DNA of 64,000 nt from Eledone cirrhosa (Eukaryota), in contig OZ024745.1 of NCBI GenBank assembly GCA_964016885.1, forward strand, positions 131,998,001 to 132,062,000, in the 5' to 3' direction. Shown one piece after another: positions 1-14,269 of this stretch. Positions within the stretch are counted from its first letter, which is position 1; each line of letters starts with the position of its first letter. The notes under the pieces were generated by a model. That model made no database searches, was not told the origin of the DNA, and saw only the letters and a program-made list of their open reading frames with translations. The position numbers and the translations under genes are program-made.

Positions 1-185
1 CTCAATCTTCCCCCAAAATACAACTGGTACATAGTGAGATATCACATTAGTTTGGTCAATTAATACGTTGATGAGGTGTCATGTTCTTGAGGTTCTACCA
101 CTTCCATATACTTACCCTGTATTTCTTGAGGCATTCAGTATTATCCTGATGTGTGATTTTCCCAGTCTTTGCATTGAAGACATTC

Positions 186-310
186 CATATATATGTATTT
201 ATATATATATATTATATGTATGTATGTATATATATATGTATGTATGTATGTATTATGTATGTATCTATATGTGTGTATGTGTATATGTGTGTGTGTATGT
301 GTGTGTGTGG
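186..310. repeat. Compound (TA)/(TATG)/(TG) microsatellite
   Basis: Directly visible. Confidence 0.9.
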
Positions 311-767
311 TGAATACACAATTCATCCAAATCATACATTCAATGATTATCTTTTGTCATTGGTTATATGATATGATTAACCCAAATCAGCATTCCTCTT
401 GTCTTCATTATTCTTAGTTTACACAAAAAATCAGAATACACAGTCACAAGGATAGTAAAAAGCAACAACATATAAATACACAACAAAGATGACGTTTTGA
501 AGGAAAAGAATTAGAAGACAAAGTTGTTATTGTTGTTGTTGGTGTCTAGTGCCAGTTCCTCCTTGATTGAGCAGACCTAAGATCAAAGATGTTTCAGGCA
601 TGACCAGCTGGTCTCTTTGTTTACCTGTAACTAAATTTTTCAAACAAGTTCTAGACAGTAAAGTGTGAGTTGAGGGAGAATTATTCGGCTACTATTTCTA
701 GCAGGTCACACAACATGAAAATTGCCCCCTTTTGTAAAAGAAGACAAAATGAGAAGAGAAAGTTGAA

Positions 768-870
768 GATGATGATAACAATGATGATAATGATGATGAT
801 GATGATGGTGATGGTGATGGTGATGGTGATGATGATGATGATGATGATATCGATGATGGTGATGATGATT
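768..870. repeat. (GAT)/(GGT) trinucleotide microsatellite
   Basis: Directly visible. Confidence 0.9.
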
Positions 871-1329
871 ACATAGATGTTATAAGTCAAACTGTCTTAC
901 TTTTTTAGTTGCATCAGAATTATTGATTTTCCTTTTCTATTTACTGTTGATACACCATTGTCTTTATCAGATACTCTGCCCAGTTGTCACTGTATTGTTT
1001 CAAAGAGAAGAAAACCAAACAACAATACCCACCACAACTTTCACTACCAAAACCCACAAACACCCACAAAATACATTTACAACAACAACAACAATAACAA
1101 TAATAATATTCTAGTTCTCCAAAATTACCATCGTAAATATATAATAACTATCATTGTTGTCTTTAAAAAAAAATTCTTTTACCTTTTAGATAAGATAATT
1201 AGTTTTATTACTTTAAGATGCTGTTGGGATTTAATTTAGGATGAAATAACTTAGTTGGAAACTTAGCTGAAGGATAATGATCAGTTAATGACAACCTCCC
1301 AGATATAATAATAATAAATAAAATCTAGC

Positions 1330-1332
<3 letters not shown>

Positions 1333-1407
<75 letters not shown>

Positions 1408-1484
1408 CACGCACACACAAGTAAATAAACACACACGCACACACACATATATATATGTACATGTATATATGTATATATATACAC
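1333..1484. repeat. (TA)n/(CA)n microsatellite
   Basis: Directly visible. Confidence 0.9.
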
Positions 1485-1635
1485 ATTAGGTATATATAGG
1501 TTCAGGTCAAACAGCAGTTAAAAACAAACTATGGTAAACACAATAGAGAGTTTGTTAAGTAATGAAATAATATTACAAATCACAGATAAAAAGATATTCA
1601 GTCAATGTGGTAAATAACTATATACACCAGGTCTG

Positions 1636-1845
1636 AACACACCCTACCCCAGCCCACACTGTAAAGTGGACATGTAAAAGACATGCCAAAAAGCACCCAG
1701 CCCACACTGTAGATGTGGTTGGCATTAGGAAGGGCATCCAGTCATAGAAAACCAGCCACGGTCACCTGACACAACTTGCCTCTAAATGTGACCCGTCTAA
1801 CCCATGCTAGCGTGGAAGATGGACGTTAATCGATGATGATGATAT
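1636..1845 (+). mobile_element. SINE/non-autonomous element with an RTE-like 3' end and (GAT)n tail
   Basis: cccacactgta subrepeats, then ccatgctagcgtggaagatggacgttaa and a (GAT)n tail. The same sequence recurs at ~11.6, 41.3 and 53.5 kb, and the tail resembles the RTE end at 16.4 kb. Confidence 0.7.
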
Positions 1846-2489
1846 ATATATATATATATAACCTGAGGTATGGTTTACATCAATCCCAATTCTTCCCCTA
1901 TTTTGCTTTATTTGTCTCTCAGCACTGTTTTCCATCTGTTTCTATACCATCTACCTCCCAGCTCACATACTTATCAACTATTTGTTGTAATGGATAATTT
2001 AGTCATGTGTATGACGTCAATTTATTAACTTGCACATTTACTCTCTTTTGGTGTAGACTAATTAAATGATTCAAGCAAAATAATTAGACATTTTCAGACA
2101 AAATAAATATTCTCAATGAATATTTGGTCTTATTTTTTTTACAATAATTTAAACGAAAGAAAATTTGTTTTATTATTTTTGTTCAGGATGTTGTGATTAT
2201 AAAATTGAGAAAACTGTTTTTTGTGTGTATGCTAAGTATTTGTTAGGTTCTAGACTTCTGTTACAATCTTACCACTTCAGTGTTTTTATGAAATTCTTTC
2301 TGTTTAAAGATATTGAAATAAATTTACTTTACAATCAATACTTTGAAAGTATGGCGTTTTTCAAAAGAGTTTTAAAGAAAAATAATGCAACCGAATTTAA
2401 TGAACGATTATTGAATATAGTTGTAACAAACATACTGTACATTCTTGTATATAAGTGAAAAAAATATGTAACAAAAAAATCGATGTTAA

Positions 2490-3284
2490 AATGAGGGTTG
2501 ACATATATTCGAGGTCAATATTTTGCCAATTTCTACCAACTTCAAATTCTATGTAAATAAGGTAGTAAAATATCTGGAGTGTTCACAATGAAACACTGTT
2601 TTTCTACCATTACTACATCGCATTAGTGTTATTTATACATTCCCTTGAAAATATTTCCAACAAATTTTTATAATTCGAACCCTGTAAATATCCCATACTC
2701 ATTCATGCATGAACATGTGCACACACATATGCATATGCACATGTACACACACACACATATACATGCACAAGCACACACACATGCACCAACTGTTTTTCTC
2801 TGATTTAATACTCTTTCTTTCAATCTTACTTAGGATTTAAATCTTACATATCACTTGTATTTAATTGCTCTTGCCCTCTTCTTTCTCCCTCACATGCTGT
2901 CTCTCCCTCCTTCTTCTACCCTTAAATCCCTATAGAAAGGTCGCTTATTCAATCTCTTACTTTCAACTACTCCCAACATGGGAGTGGATGGAATAATAAA
3001 AAATTCGAGAAACTTGTTGAAATTGTATAAAATGGATGAAATTGTAAAAAAAACATTTCATAATGGAGTTGTGAAAGAAAATCTATACTCTAAACGACAC
3101 TTAAAACATTTTAAACATAAAAATATTAAAACTTCACAAATATATTCGTGAGAGTTTCAACACTACACCATCAAAATATAATGTGCTGATTAACTGTCTT
3201 AGCTTATAAACATGTTTGAATTTTAGTCCATTTCTCAGACATGAAATAGGGTGACAGTCGATTTATATTTGAGTAAATACAGTA
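2490..3284 (+). mobile_element. Non-autonomous pogo/Tc1-mariner-like element (MITE), 5' part missing
   Basis: Homologous to 8103-9710, 37865-38110 and 51135-51944; ends in the TIR gtcgatttatatttgagtaaatacag followed by TA. Confidence 0.65.
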
Positions 3285-3289
3285 TTACA

Positions 3290-4020
3290 ATATAGATTGT
3301 AAAGGATTAAGTAGAAACCCTAGAAGAAAAGGATTTGTATTGATAAAGAAAGGTAAGAATTTCTGGAAATTGAACATCTTTACCTTTGATATAAATTTCT
3401 TAAATGAAGGGTTAGCTGCAGGTACACAATGTTTTTTCTACCGTTCAAATTTTATTAGTGTAATGGATACATTAGATTTCTGGAGATACTGACTTTGAAG
3501 GAAAAACTAGAAGTAACCTGCTATGTGGCCTTTAGTGCTTTCTCTGGCTTTTACTTATAGCATCAAGAATTAGGGGCAAGTTCTCTATAGTTGGATTTTT
3601 TCCTTATTTTAAGTATGGATGTTCCTATCTTATCTTAATAGAATAGTATTGAATAGGAAAGTAATGTAGTTCTTCATGAATGTTAAGGGTAAGTTATTGT
3701 ATTAACGTTTTGATTTATCTTTTCCAACTGCTAAGAAGATTCTTCTTTTGGCAATAATAGAAAGCTGTATACAGATATTGAGTATATTATATCAAATCCG
3801 TTTTAATCTCTCTGTAGAGAATAAGCTAGTTGAGGGTATCTGAATTTGAAACAAGAGAGAGTGATAATAATAACTTAGAAGGTCAGTAGCAACTATTTTC
3901 TTCCACAACTATCTGGACTCAATCAGATTAACTAGAAAGAAGAACTATTTTGAGATATATTGTTCTTTTTTGTTGCTTTCTTTTCTCCATTGTATAAAAG
4001 TTGATTGAGTTATAACCAAC
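3290..4020 (-). mobile_element. Possible highly degenerate CR1/L2-like LINE 3' region
   Basis: Faint post-RT-like peptide traces on the minus strand; no open frame. Confidence 0.25.
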
Positions 4021-4429
4021 TGAAAAGGAAATAAGAATCAAGATGGCTTTAAACATATCTCACAATAAAAGAATGATACTTTCAAAATTTTAGATGAAGA
4101 TGACAATAGAATATTCCTGAACTCTCTGGGTTTTTATGGTTTGAATTCTCATCACTTTTATTCATGGCTCACCGAATCAGTGAGGTGTTGACCTCCCAGC
4201 TGAAAGGTGGCAGGTTCATATCCATCAATGGTTCTGTGTTCTCTATTCAGATTAAAATTTAATTCTTACAATTCTAATATCTAAGAGTGGCACTACAAGA
4301 TGGCACAACTCAACAGTTTAAGTAATAAAATTACTGCACAATCAGTTAATATTTCATTAGTTTTTATAATTTAGTTCCTTTCTATTCTGCCAGTTTTGTC
4401 ATAAGTAGGCATGGTGATACTATGGGTAT

Positions 4430-4640
4430 GTGGTTAGAATGTCTTAGAGAAAAATTGCTGGATAGATTTTATGGATAAAACCTTCCGGTAGGAGACCCAG
4501 GGGTAGACCCCTAAGAATGAGGGTTGGATAACATCCATGAGCTTGGCTGATCCCACTTGAAAATGGATGCTTCTGACAGGCTGGAAGGACTGTTTGAGGA
4601 CTTGGGAGGACTCAGGAATAAGTGGGAGAAGAAGAAGAGG
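4430..4640 (+). mobile_element. 3' end of an RTE-like LINE with a (GAA)n tail
   Basis: ttggataacatccatgagcttggctg...caggaataagtg then gaagaagaag; homologous to 36330-36660 and 55708-56060. Confidence 0.6.
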
Positions 4641-5509
4641 TATCGTACAAGAGAATTAGCTGTTTTTGTGTGACCTATTGCAAATATCACACTATGTATT
4701 TTTGGACAACATTTTATTTTATACACTTTGCTTCATCAAGTTGTTTGGAATAGACAACAAATTTTGTGGAAAAATTACTTATGATAGACTAGCATCCTGT
4801 CCCAGAAGAAATTTCTCTCGGGTGTTTGATTTGATAGAAACTGGAATCACATGCCAGTGGAATGTTTGAAGTTTCTGAATGAATTAATTGTTGTAAACAT
4901 GCCTGTTCTATACATCAGATACTAACATTGATATTTCATTCAGTATAAAGTAGATCATTGTTTCATAAAATTGTTTTATTCAAAAATAATTCTGATGCTC
5001 CAGTATTTCAAATCATATTTATTATATTTTTTAATATGAATAAATTCTCTCTCTAAAACAATTTCTGTTTCATTTAATATCTTATTAAAATTAGAGTAGT
5101 AGAAGTTACCTGAAAAATACCGTTATTGGTTCCCAGATTTTTAGAAAATTGTATAAAGGTTTGCAATAAAATAAGTTTGGGAACCATTGAGGTAGATTGA
5201 TGCTTCACAGATGAATACCATTCTGAATACTAAGCACATTATAATGAACAACATATATCTTTGATCATTGATACGGTAATTTTCTCAGGTGTATGACATA
5301 GCATTAGGAAAATAAGATACAGTAAAGTATAAATAATACAAATGTGTGTAACACTGTTTACTGGAACTGTTTCAACAAACATTGGAAATGGAAAGATATG
5401 AAAAAATAAGAAAAACAAGGAAGGGGTGTCTTTGCTTGCTTGGGTGTAAATTCTATTTCTACATATAGATTAAATACTCTCTAGCACTCTTTTCACTTCT
5501 CTCTGTCAA

Positions 5510-5510
5510 A

Positions 5511-5552
<42 letters not shown>

Positions 5553-5874
5553 CACACATACACACACACATACACACACATAGACACACACACACAGAGA
5601 CAGACACATAGACACACACATACACACACACACACACACAGACAGACACAGACACACACACACAGAGACACACAGACACACACACACATACACACACACA
5701 GACACACACACACAGACATACACACACACACACAGACACAGGTAGACACACACAAACACACACACAGATACACACACACATGCACGTCCACACTCACACA
5801 CACATATATATATATATACAAACACATGCACGTCCACACACACACATATATATAAATACACACACATGCACGTC

Positions 5875-5912
<38 letters not shown>

Positions 5913-6046
5913 CACATGCACGTCCACACACACACATATATATAAATACACACACATGCACGTCCACACACACACACACATATATATATATATACACATG
6001 CACGTCCACACACACACATATATATATATATACACATATGCACGTC

Positions 6047-6086
<40 letters not shown>

Positions 6087-6156
6087 CACACATGCACGTC
6101 CAGACACACACACACATATATATATACACACACATGCACGTCCATTAACACAGATA

Positions 6157-6204
<48 letters not shown>

Positions 6205-6282
6205 TGCACGTCCACACAGACACACATACACACATATATATATATATATACACACATGCACGTCCACACACACACACATATA
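5510..6282. repeat. Compound CA/TA microsatellite containing 11 copies of ATGCACGTCC
   Basis: Motif counted between 5780 and 6265, separated by variable (CA)n(TA)n tracts. Confidence 0.9.
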
Positions 6283-6372
6283 CAAGTGAAGTCATTCTTT
6301 TCCTTTTTTAAAATATACTTAACTGTACCAAGGATTTCACACATTTTTCAATATATATATATATATATATAT

Positions 6373-7538
6373 AACGAAGGAGTTGTGGTAAGGAACCAGA
6401 TGGACCACAACGCACCAGGGTACTCAATACTTGGGGTAGTAGAGTGGGTAATAGGAAAAAGTATGACCCCGACGGCAGAGCTCAAGCCGTTTCGACCGTC
6501 CAGAAATACCTGTAGAAACGGCTTGAGCTCTGCCGTCAGGGTCACACAATTCAGAAAGATTAAGGTGGTAGAAAAGCTAGGAACCACCATAAAATCCCTG
6601 ATAAGCAAAACCTACCCCTTTAAGAAAACCAACTGTACTAATAGGAAATATATCATATGTAAAGTAGGATAAACTGTAAAACTAGAAAAGTAGTCTATAG
6701 CATAAGATGTACAGAGGGTACTTGCAGAAACATGACAACAACATACATAGGCGAAACAGCTTGTAGCATAGGTGAAAGGATAGACCAACACTGGGGGGAA
6801 CTAAAAGGACGAAAAAACGGTTCAGTACTATACGAACATGTCAGACAACAACACGACGGTAACATAGACAACATAGAAATTAGAATAATATCTAAACATA
6901 GAAATAACCCAGCAGATAGGCAAATCAGAGAGGCCAGTGAAATAGAACTTAGAAGGCCAAGGCTAAACAGAAAAAATGAATGGAATAACAACAACACCCA
7001 AACAAACAACACTGACCTAAGAGAAGTATAAATAAATAAATAAATACATACACAAGCACAATAACAACAAACACATATAAACACACACTAGTAAAGATAG
7101 AATACATTAACCAATACACAGTCACCCAATCACGAACACATCAAACAAAACACTATACACACACGCAAACGCATGCGCAAAGAAGACAAAAAAAACAAAC
7201 AAATAAATAAATATATAAACAGACTAAATAAAGATGGCGTAGAAACTACAATGCAATGGGAGGAAACAATAGCATTACTGACGATGTTGCAGATGTGCAA
7301 CGAAAGAACTTTGATAGACTATACATATGTGTTTGTGTCTATATTGTATCTGTATTTTTGACCGTTGGTCAGTCAATGGCAACATTGAGGACCGAATAAA
7401 TTAAATTAACCGATATAAAAGACACAGAAGCGAAAAGCGAAAACCAACTGTAATTAATTCTGGCAATATTACACAAATATGACCCTCCCCAAGTATAACA
7501 ATATTTCGACACACGATTTCATATCAAAAACCTCGCAA

Positions 7539-7545
<7 letters not shown>
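6373..7545 (+). mobile_element. Penelope-like element 3' fragment inserted in (TA)n
   Basis: GIY-YIG remnant; hammerhead-like CTGACGA...GAAA at 7278-7305; hairpin at 6464-6544; TA runs on both sides. Confidence 0.7.
6545..7031 (+). pseudogene. Penelope GIY-YIG endonuclease domain, frameshifted
   Basis: VVYSIRC..C...TYIGETACSIGERIDQH...VLYEH...REASEIELRRPRLNRKNE, matching the PLE GIY-YIG pattern; upstream KIKVVEKLGTTIKSLISK. Confidence 0.8.
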
Positions 7546-7596
<51 letters not shown>

Positions 7597-7773
7597 TAAA
7601 AAAAAGAAATGAATTCAGTTGTAGAATGATGATTTCATTAGAATATACAAAATTTACAGATTAATAGGTATTGAGTACTCTGCCAAATCTGGTTTCTTTG
7701 GAATTTTTAACACTAAGGACATCTAAAATATTGATAGATATGAATATAGACCTTTTGGTACCCAAAAATATAT

Positions 7774-7893
7774 GCGGTGAATTGGCAGTATCGGTAGAGG
7801 GTCGGACGCCATGCTTTGCAGCACAGAGTTACGTCCCTTTACGGTATGGGTTCAAATCCTGAGTAATTGCTGGCTTGTGCCAAAAGTAGAAAC

Positions 7894-7899
<6 letters not shown>
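7774..7899 (+). mobile_element. tRNA-derived SINE (Nin/Deu-domain-like family), internally deleted
   Basis: Head gcggtgaattggcagtatcggtagag and B-box ggttcaaatcc joined directly to the 3' end gctggcttgtgccaaaagtagaaacaatta. Confidence 0.75.
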
Positions 7900-7930
<31 letters not shown>

Positions 7931-8472
7931 GAGTACGAGCTGAAGATCCACTAAGGTGGAACAATTGTTCTCGCTATGGTGTACTAACTGTTGTGTTACT
8001 ACTTCTATATATATATATTTGTAAGTTTGTGTGCATGTACATGTATGTGTGTGTATGTGTAGTTGTGCCAGCATGTGTGAGTGTATGTGTGTATGACTTA
8101 TATACCATGTATATTCAAATATAAGCTGAGGAATGTGAACTCCCAAAAAATTGATGGTAAAATGGGGGAGAGGGGGTTTAAATTTGGGGTCAATATTTTG
8201 ACAATTTTCACTTACTTCAAATTCTATAAGGTGCTAAAGTATGATTATTTCACAATGAAACACTGTTTTTCTACATTTACTACATTGCCATTGCTGTTAT
8301 TTATGCATTACCTTGAAAATATTTCCAACATATTTTTATAATTTGAATCTTTAAATACATAAATATCCCATGGACATACCATATACACACACACGCACAC
8401 ACACTCACATATATACATGCACATATGCATGCATATATACACACACACACTCACAGGCATATACATCTACAT

Positions 8473-8520
<48 letters not shown>

Positions 8521-9129
8521 GCATGCACACGTACACACACATACCACATTTTTCCCCTGACAATATTTTTTTTTCAATCTTACTTTTGATTATATTATTG
8601 ACCCCCCCCTCCCCCCTTTATCTCGCTCTCTCCCCTTCTCACTCTCTCCATCACTTTATCTCTCCCTCCTCTCACTCTCACCCTCCCTTTATCTCTCCCT
8701 CCTCTCACTCTCACCCTCCCTTTATCTCTCCCTCCTCTCACTCTCACTCTATCTCTCCCTCCCTCCTCTCACTCACAGCCTCCCTCTCTCTCTCTCTCCC
8801 TCCTCTCACTCTCACCCTCCCTCTATCTCACCCTCCCTTCTCACTCTCACCCACCCTCCTCTCACTCTCACCCTCTATCTCTGCCTCCTCTCACCTCCCT
8901 CTATCTCACTCTCACCCTCCCTTCTCACTCACTCTCACCCACCCTCCTCTCCCCCTCCCCCTATCTCTGCCTCCTCTCACCTCCCTCTATCTCACTCTCA
9001 CCCTCCCTCCTCCACTCTATCAATCCCTATACACAGTTCTCTACTTCCATCTATTCTACTTGGACCCCTAACATCCACCTCTCTAGCTGGAAGTAAACAA
9101 ACATTTAAGAAACTTGTTGAAACTTAATA

Positions 9130-9240
9130 TAGTTGTTTATACTTATGGCACAAGGCCAGCAATTATCCCAGTGCATTACTGGTACTTTATTTTATCGACC
9201 CCGTAAGGATGAAAGGCAAAGTTAACCTCGGCGGGATTTT
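9130..9240 (-). mobile_element. Nin/Deu-like SINE, 3' half
   Basis: ggtactttattttatcgaccccgtaaggatgaaaggcaaagttaacctcggcgggattt matches the copies at 16.9 and 54.7 kb. Confidence 0.8.
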
Positions 9241-9374
9241 ATATAATTGAAATTCATTACCTAATGGAGTTGTGAAACCTTTACCGTAAACGACACTTAG
9301 AACATTTTAAGCATCAAAATATTAAAACTTCATAAACATATTTTATACTCATGACAATTTCAGAACCACTCCAT

Positions 9375-9602
9375 TTAACCCTTTAACATTCACATCACTT
9401 TATATATACTAAGGTATTTTCATGGTAAAGGCTTTATCTTACATAATATTTCACATAATATCGAATCTATGAGATTTTGATTTTATTTATTCTAAGAACA
9501 ATACCTTAACATCAGTATGAGTGGCCAGTTACAGCAAGTTTGAACAGAAAGAGGTGAGAGAATTCATGCCAGATACGGCCGGTTTAAATGCTAAAGGTTT
9601 AA
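9375..9602. mobile_element. piggyBac-like MITE with TTAA target duplication
   Basis: TTAA-ccctttaacatt ... aatgctaaaggt-TTAA; absent from the homologous host MITE copy near 3170. Confidence 0.7.
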
Positions 9603-9901
9603 ACATAAAGTGTTGATTATCTGCTTCAGCTTATAAACGGGGTTTGGATTTTTGCTCATTTCTCAGGCACAAAATAGGGGGTCGGCTTATATTTGAGACT
9701 ATGTATGGTAAGTGTTTACACCCTGAAAAACATGTTCTTACACATGTTTATCTTTTTATTTCTTTTTCTCTTTTTTATTCTTTCTTCCAATGAAGGACTA
9801 ACGTCTGAAACATTAAAACTCATTTTCTAATATATCAAACATTAAACTAATATATATCATCATCGTCCTGCATTGTTCTTCCATGTGATTTTTCCTTGTT
9901 G

Positions 9902-9949
<48 letters not shown>

Positions 9950-10045
9950 TATACATATATATATACATGTATGTGTAAGTATGTGTATATAAATAGATTA
10001 TATACATACTTATATATAAATATACATGGAGCAAAACTGTGTATG

Positions 10046-10085
<40 letters not shown>

Positions 10086-10974
10086 TGGTAAGATTATAGA
10101 GTTAACTCAAACTAGACATGACAACAACCAAGCCTATAATAGGAGGAAATGGCTGTAAGATAGGAAAAGTAAAAGCTAATGTTAGTTTTAAAGCCTTTTA
10201 TTTCCTTTTGTATCAATGTGTATTTCTGCACAAAAAATGCTTTATAACAAATTTTTCTTAACTCATGTAAACAATGAATAAGGAATAGCCACCGGAAAAT
10301 TCTTTTTCTATAAAATAGAAGGGTATAATTTTCAATAGGGTTTTAGAGAAAATCATGAAATCAGTCATGAAAAACAACACAGGCACCCTACTGGATAGTG
10401 AAATAATGGAATATTTCTCTGACAGTTTCTCTATTCAGATCAAAGAAGGTTTGGGAACACAACATAAATGTTACAGCACTTTCTTACCAACTTCTGAAGC
10501 TTTACAAACCTAACTGAATCTGATAAAGACTATCAAAAATATCTCAGGGCTGTATTGATAAAGAACATTCAAAGAATTTCTGTTTGAAATCTCTATGTTC
10601 ATATGCATATTAAATTTATGAATACATGAATCCTCGTATATCATCACCATCATCACATAATGTCTCTTTTCCTTACTAGCATATTTGTGTGTATATGTAT
10701 GTATATATGTATGTATATATATATATATGTGTGTGTGTGTGTATATATGAGTGTGTGTGTGTATATATATGTAGGTATAATAAGTAATGTAGGTAATATA
10801 TTTATACTCTGATTACATTTCTACCTTGTCGTATGTATTACAATATATAATTAATATTGTTTTCTATAATATTCTTACTCTGGAATAGATTTTTTCACAT
10901 CTTACTTCCATTGAGAATTTTACAGCACAATGAAATGAGATGTTTATATTCCAATATATTTTCAATATATATAT

Positions 10975-11420
10975 ATACATTTCTCTCTAAAAATGAAAGG
11001 CAGACTGTATGATGCCTGTATACGAACAGCAATGTTACATGGCAGTAAGACATGGGTATTGTGTGCAGAGGACCTGCGCAGACTGGAAAGGAATGAAGCA
11101 TGCATGCTCCGTTGGATATGTAGTAGTAATATACGTGAATGGCAAAGCATAAATGAACTAAGTGAGAAATTAGGAATAAGAGGGATCAGATGCTGTTTAC
11201 TTGAGAGAAGACTACGTTGGTATGGTCACTGCGCATGAAAGACGACAGCTGTATAAAAAAGTGCAGGGCGATCAAAATTGATGGTAGTTACGGAGTAGGT
11301 AGACCCAGAAAAACCTGGGATGATTTGATAAATTCCGACCTTACACACTTGCACCTCTCTAAGACAATGTCACTGGACCGAGATCTTTGGCCCTATGCAG
11401 TAATACAGAAGACCCGCCTT
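10975..11420 (+). mobile_element. RTE LINE ORF C-terminal fragment
   Basis: KGRLYDACIRTAMLHGSKTW...RRLRWYGH...GRPRKTW, homologous to 15884-16267. Confidence 0.85.
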
Positions 11421-11589
11421 GTCTATGTACAAAGCAAAACCTACAGTCAGTAGACACCTCTTAACCAAATATACACCCCAATCCATTACCCATACCCTAT
11501 CCTCCCACTCCCACCAACACCACCCTCTCTCTGTAAAGTTGGTACCACAACATCCAGTCCAAATAAATGAGATAATTAGATCGAGATTG

Positions 11590-11834
11590 AGATCGTGTAG
11601 GTGTCATGACAAAACACACTGCTCTAATGTGGTTGTGTAGGTAACACGGTAAAAAGCTCCCAGTCCACACTGTAAATGTGGTTGGTGTTATGAAGGGCAT
11701 CAAGCCGTAGAAAACCTGCTAGATAGTCCTATATGAGCAAGATACGGTCACCCAACCAACCTTGCCTCAAGTGGGACAACTCCCGTCTAATCCATGCTAG
11801 CGTGGAAGATGGACGTTAAACGAAGATGATGATG

Positions 11835-11835
<1 letters not shown>
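11590..11835 (+). mobile_element. SINE/non-autonomous element with an RTE-like tail
   Basis: Same sequence as 1636-1845, with a (GAT)n tail. Confidence 0.7.
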
Positions 11836-11868
<33 letters not shown>

Positions 11869-12358
11869 TTGGAATTTCTTGAAAAATCTTCACTGTTTTG
11901 CAAACCTATTGGATTTGGAGTAGTGACTTCTCAATCAGTCGAAAAAGGACACTCTTCGACAAACCTACATTTGGCGCAAAATCAATTTTTAACATTCACG
12001 TGACCTCTACCGACCAATCAAAATTGTTTTGACTACAAGAATTTTTGCAACACGAATTGGTGCAAAATTTATAGTACTCATTCACGTGACATTCAACAAC
12101 CAACCAAATCTTAATACCTCTGGAGTCACTTTTTTTTATATAAAACAGGAAGAATTTCCAAAACTGATCAGATTAGAGCAAACATCACGGGCGCTCTATC
12201 TCAAAATTATTTTTGAAAAGCATTAGAAATGCGCAACCGGTAAAAACTTAAAACTAAAACTGAATACTAACCAATACTTATTAATAATTTATACTTATTC
12301 CTAATTAAACTATTTTTCACTGGGAAAAATTTGTCAGCATTTTCTTTTCCTTTTACTA

Positions 12359-12406
<48 letters not shown>

Positions 12407-12468
12407 GTGTGTGTATATTTATATATATATATACATGCATAGATACATACATACATACGTACATACAT

Positions 12469-12506
<38 letters not shown>

Positions 12507-12728
12507 ATATATTATATATATATATACGTTTAAATTTGGCGGTTTACCACTGGGTAGAATTGGTCATTATGCATGATGTAATATGAGAAAAGCACTCAAC
12601 ATTATGCAACTCAACCATCTTCAATGTTGAATCATGTTGGTGATGCAAGAACTGAGCCAAATATGTTGAATTTCCTTAATTATTTATTTCTGCAAACACT
12701 ATGCACATTTCAGTGGCCAGTTTGCATC

Positions 12729-13018
12729 AGAATCTGGTGACATCTTCAGGTGTAAATTGCGTAATAGATGTACAAACAGAATGATGGTAAACACATTGCA
12801 AGAGGCTTTAAGGAAAAAAGCAAAGAAAAAACAGAGAAGAAAAAAGTCTGTTTATGTTTTTGACCCAGAGAAGATCGAAGCAGCGTGTTGTTACAATGCC
12901 CCAACATCTCTGTTTTTTTCTTAGCTTGTTTCCTTAAAGCCTCTTGGAATATATTTACCATCATTCTGTTGGTGTAAATCTATTATACATTTTAAACCTG
13001 AAGATGTCATCGGATTCT
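12729..13018. repeat. Imperfect ~110-bp inverted repeat (fold-back/MITE-like)
   Basis: Arms 12729-12837 and 12907-13018 are reverse complements with scattered mismatches. Confidence 0.8.
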
Positions 13019-13659
13019 TACACAAAAATGGAGTAAATTTGGCAGTGCGGTCACGTGTTCTTTCTCAAAAAATAGAGGAAGATCACATTTGCATTTTGGC
13101 GGTTACATTCAAAAGTGTGAATAAAGGAATTTATTCACAGCCTCGAAGTAAACTCTCAACTAGGTTATCAAACAAACAATTAAACAATCAATTAACTAAT
13201 TAATCAATGAATCAATTAATTAATTAATTATAAAAGTAAGGAGAAAATAATAATAATGAGTATAACCTAAGTTGCAGCTGTGAGTAGCAGATTCCCACCT
13301 GATTTTTGAAGGTTGTCAAAAGTACTCAATGAGAGAGTAATCAATAAATTACTCCTCAGAGTAAACACAATAAGTTAGGTAATAGTGACACAATATATAA
13401 TGTTGTTTGGAAAGAGCTTGTGGTATATGAATATTGCATTAACTATGGTATCATTTAGGTACAATTGTTTTGATAGTTATGTTTCAGATCTTTCACTGAA
13501 AACTGTCTCCAGTTCATCAGCTGATATTGACTCCTTTTTGTAAAGGTTGTCTTCTTTTCCATTAAACATGAAAGTTTTCCAAAAGACAAAATGTAAGAAT
13601 TTTAATACTGAATGTCAGATTTATTTTTTTATCATCTGTCTGTTGCATTATTTTCTGAC

Positions 13660-14110
13660 AAGTAAATATTATCTGAGTTTATTTTAGCATTGTGCTGTGA
13701 TATGAATATTGCTTCCATTATTAATAATCTAATTTTGCAGGAAATTGCTTAGAGTATGGATGTGCTGTTTACTAATATTTTCTTAAGTTTTGTTTCACAC
13801 TGTGTGATGTAGTGCATTGCAACTGTTATCTGTTGTAAATACATGATGAGATGATAAGTGAGAGCTGTATGACTATTATAAAAGTGAGAGAGAGTCAGAA
13901 AAATTTACAGCTTTTACATTTGCAATCGAATTTATAAATCACATTAGTATTTAGGAGCTTATTTGCAGGTAAATACTCCTGAAATTTGCCTAAGAAGAAG
14001 CATTTGTGTAATACATTATTAATATTAATGTATGTATATTCTTCTGGTTTTATAATTTTATAAATTTTTATCAAGTGAGAGAGTTGGTTTCTAACATAAA
14101 TACAAGACTC
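13660..14110 (-). pseudogene. Degenerate Penelope GIY-YIG remnant
   Basis: NTNVIYKFDCKC..C, followed out of frame by IAMHY and KIRLLIMEAIFI. Confidence 0.55.
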
Positions 14111-14269
14111 TCTCATTGGAATTTACACACCATCAACTAGGTAGATATGTATGCATGTCTGCATGCATGCTTGTGTGTGTAGGTATGGATGTTATTGTAT
14201 GTGTGGATGAGTTTGTTTTGAATTATATGTGTGCATGTGAATATGCTTTGTATCTATACATGTGTATAT

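Larger units (their letters stand above)
8103..9710 (+). mobile_element. Complete pogo/Tc1-mariner-like MITE with nested insertions and internal CA/CT expansions
   Basis: Imperfect TIRs taccatgtatattcaaatataagctg and cggcttatatttgagactatgtatggta, with TA at both ends; three other partial copies in the window. Confidence 0.7.

Noticed and set aside
5780-6265. CRISPR-like repeat/spacer pattern
   Set aside because: The repeat is only 10 bp, the spacers are microsatellites, the context is eukaryotic and there are no cas genes
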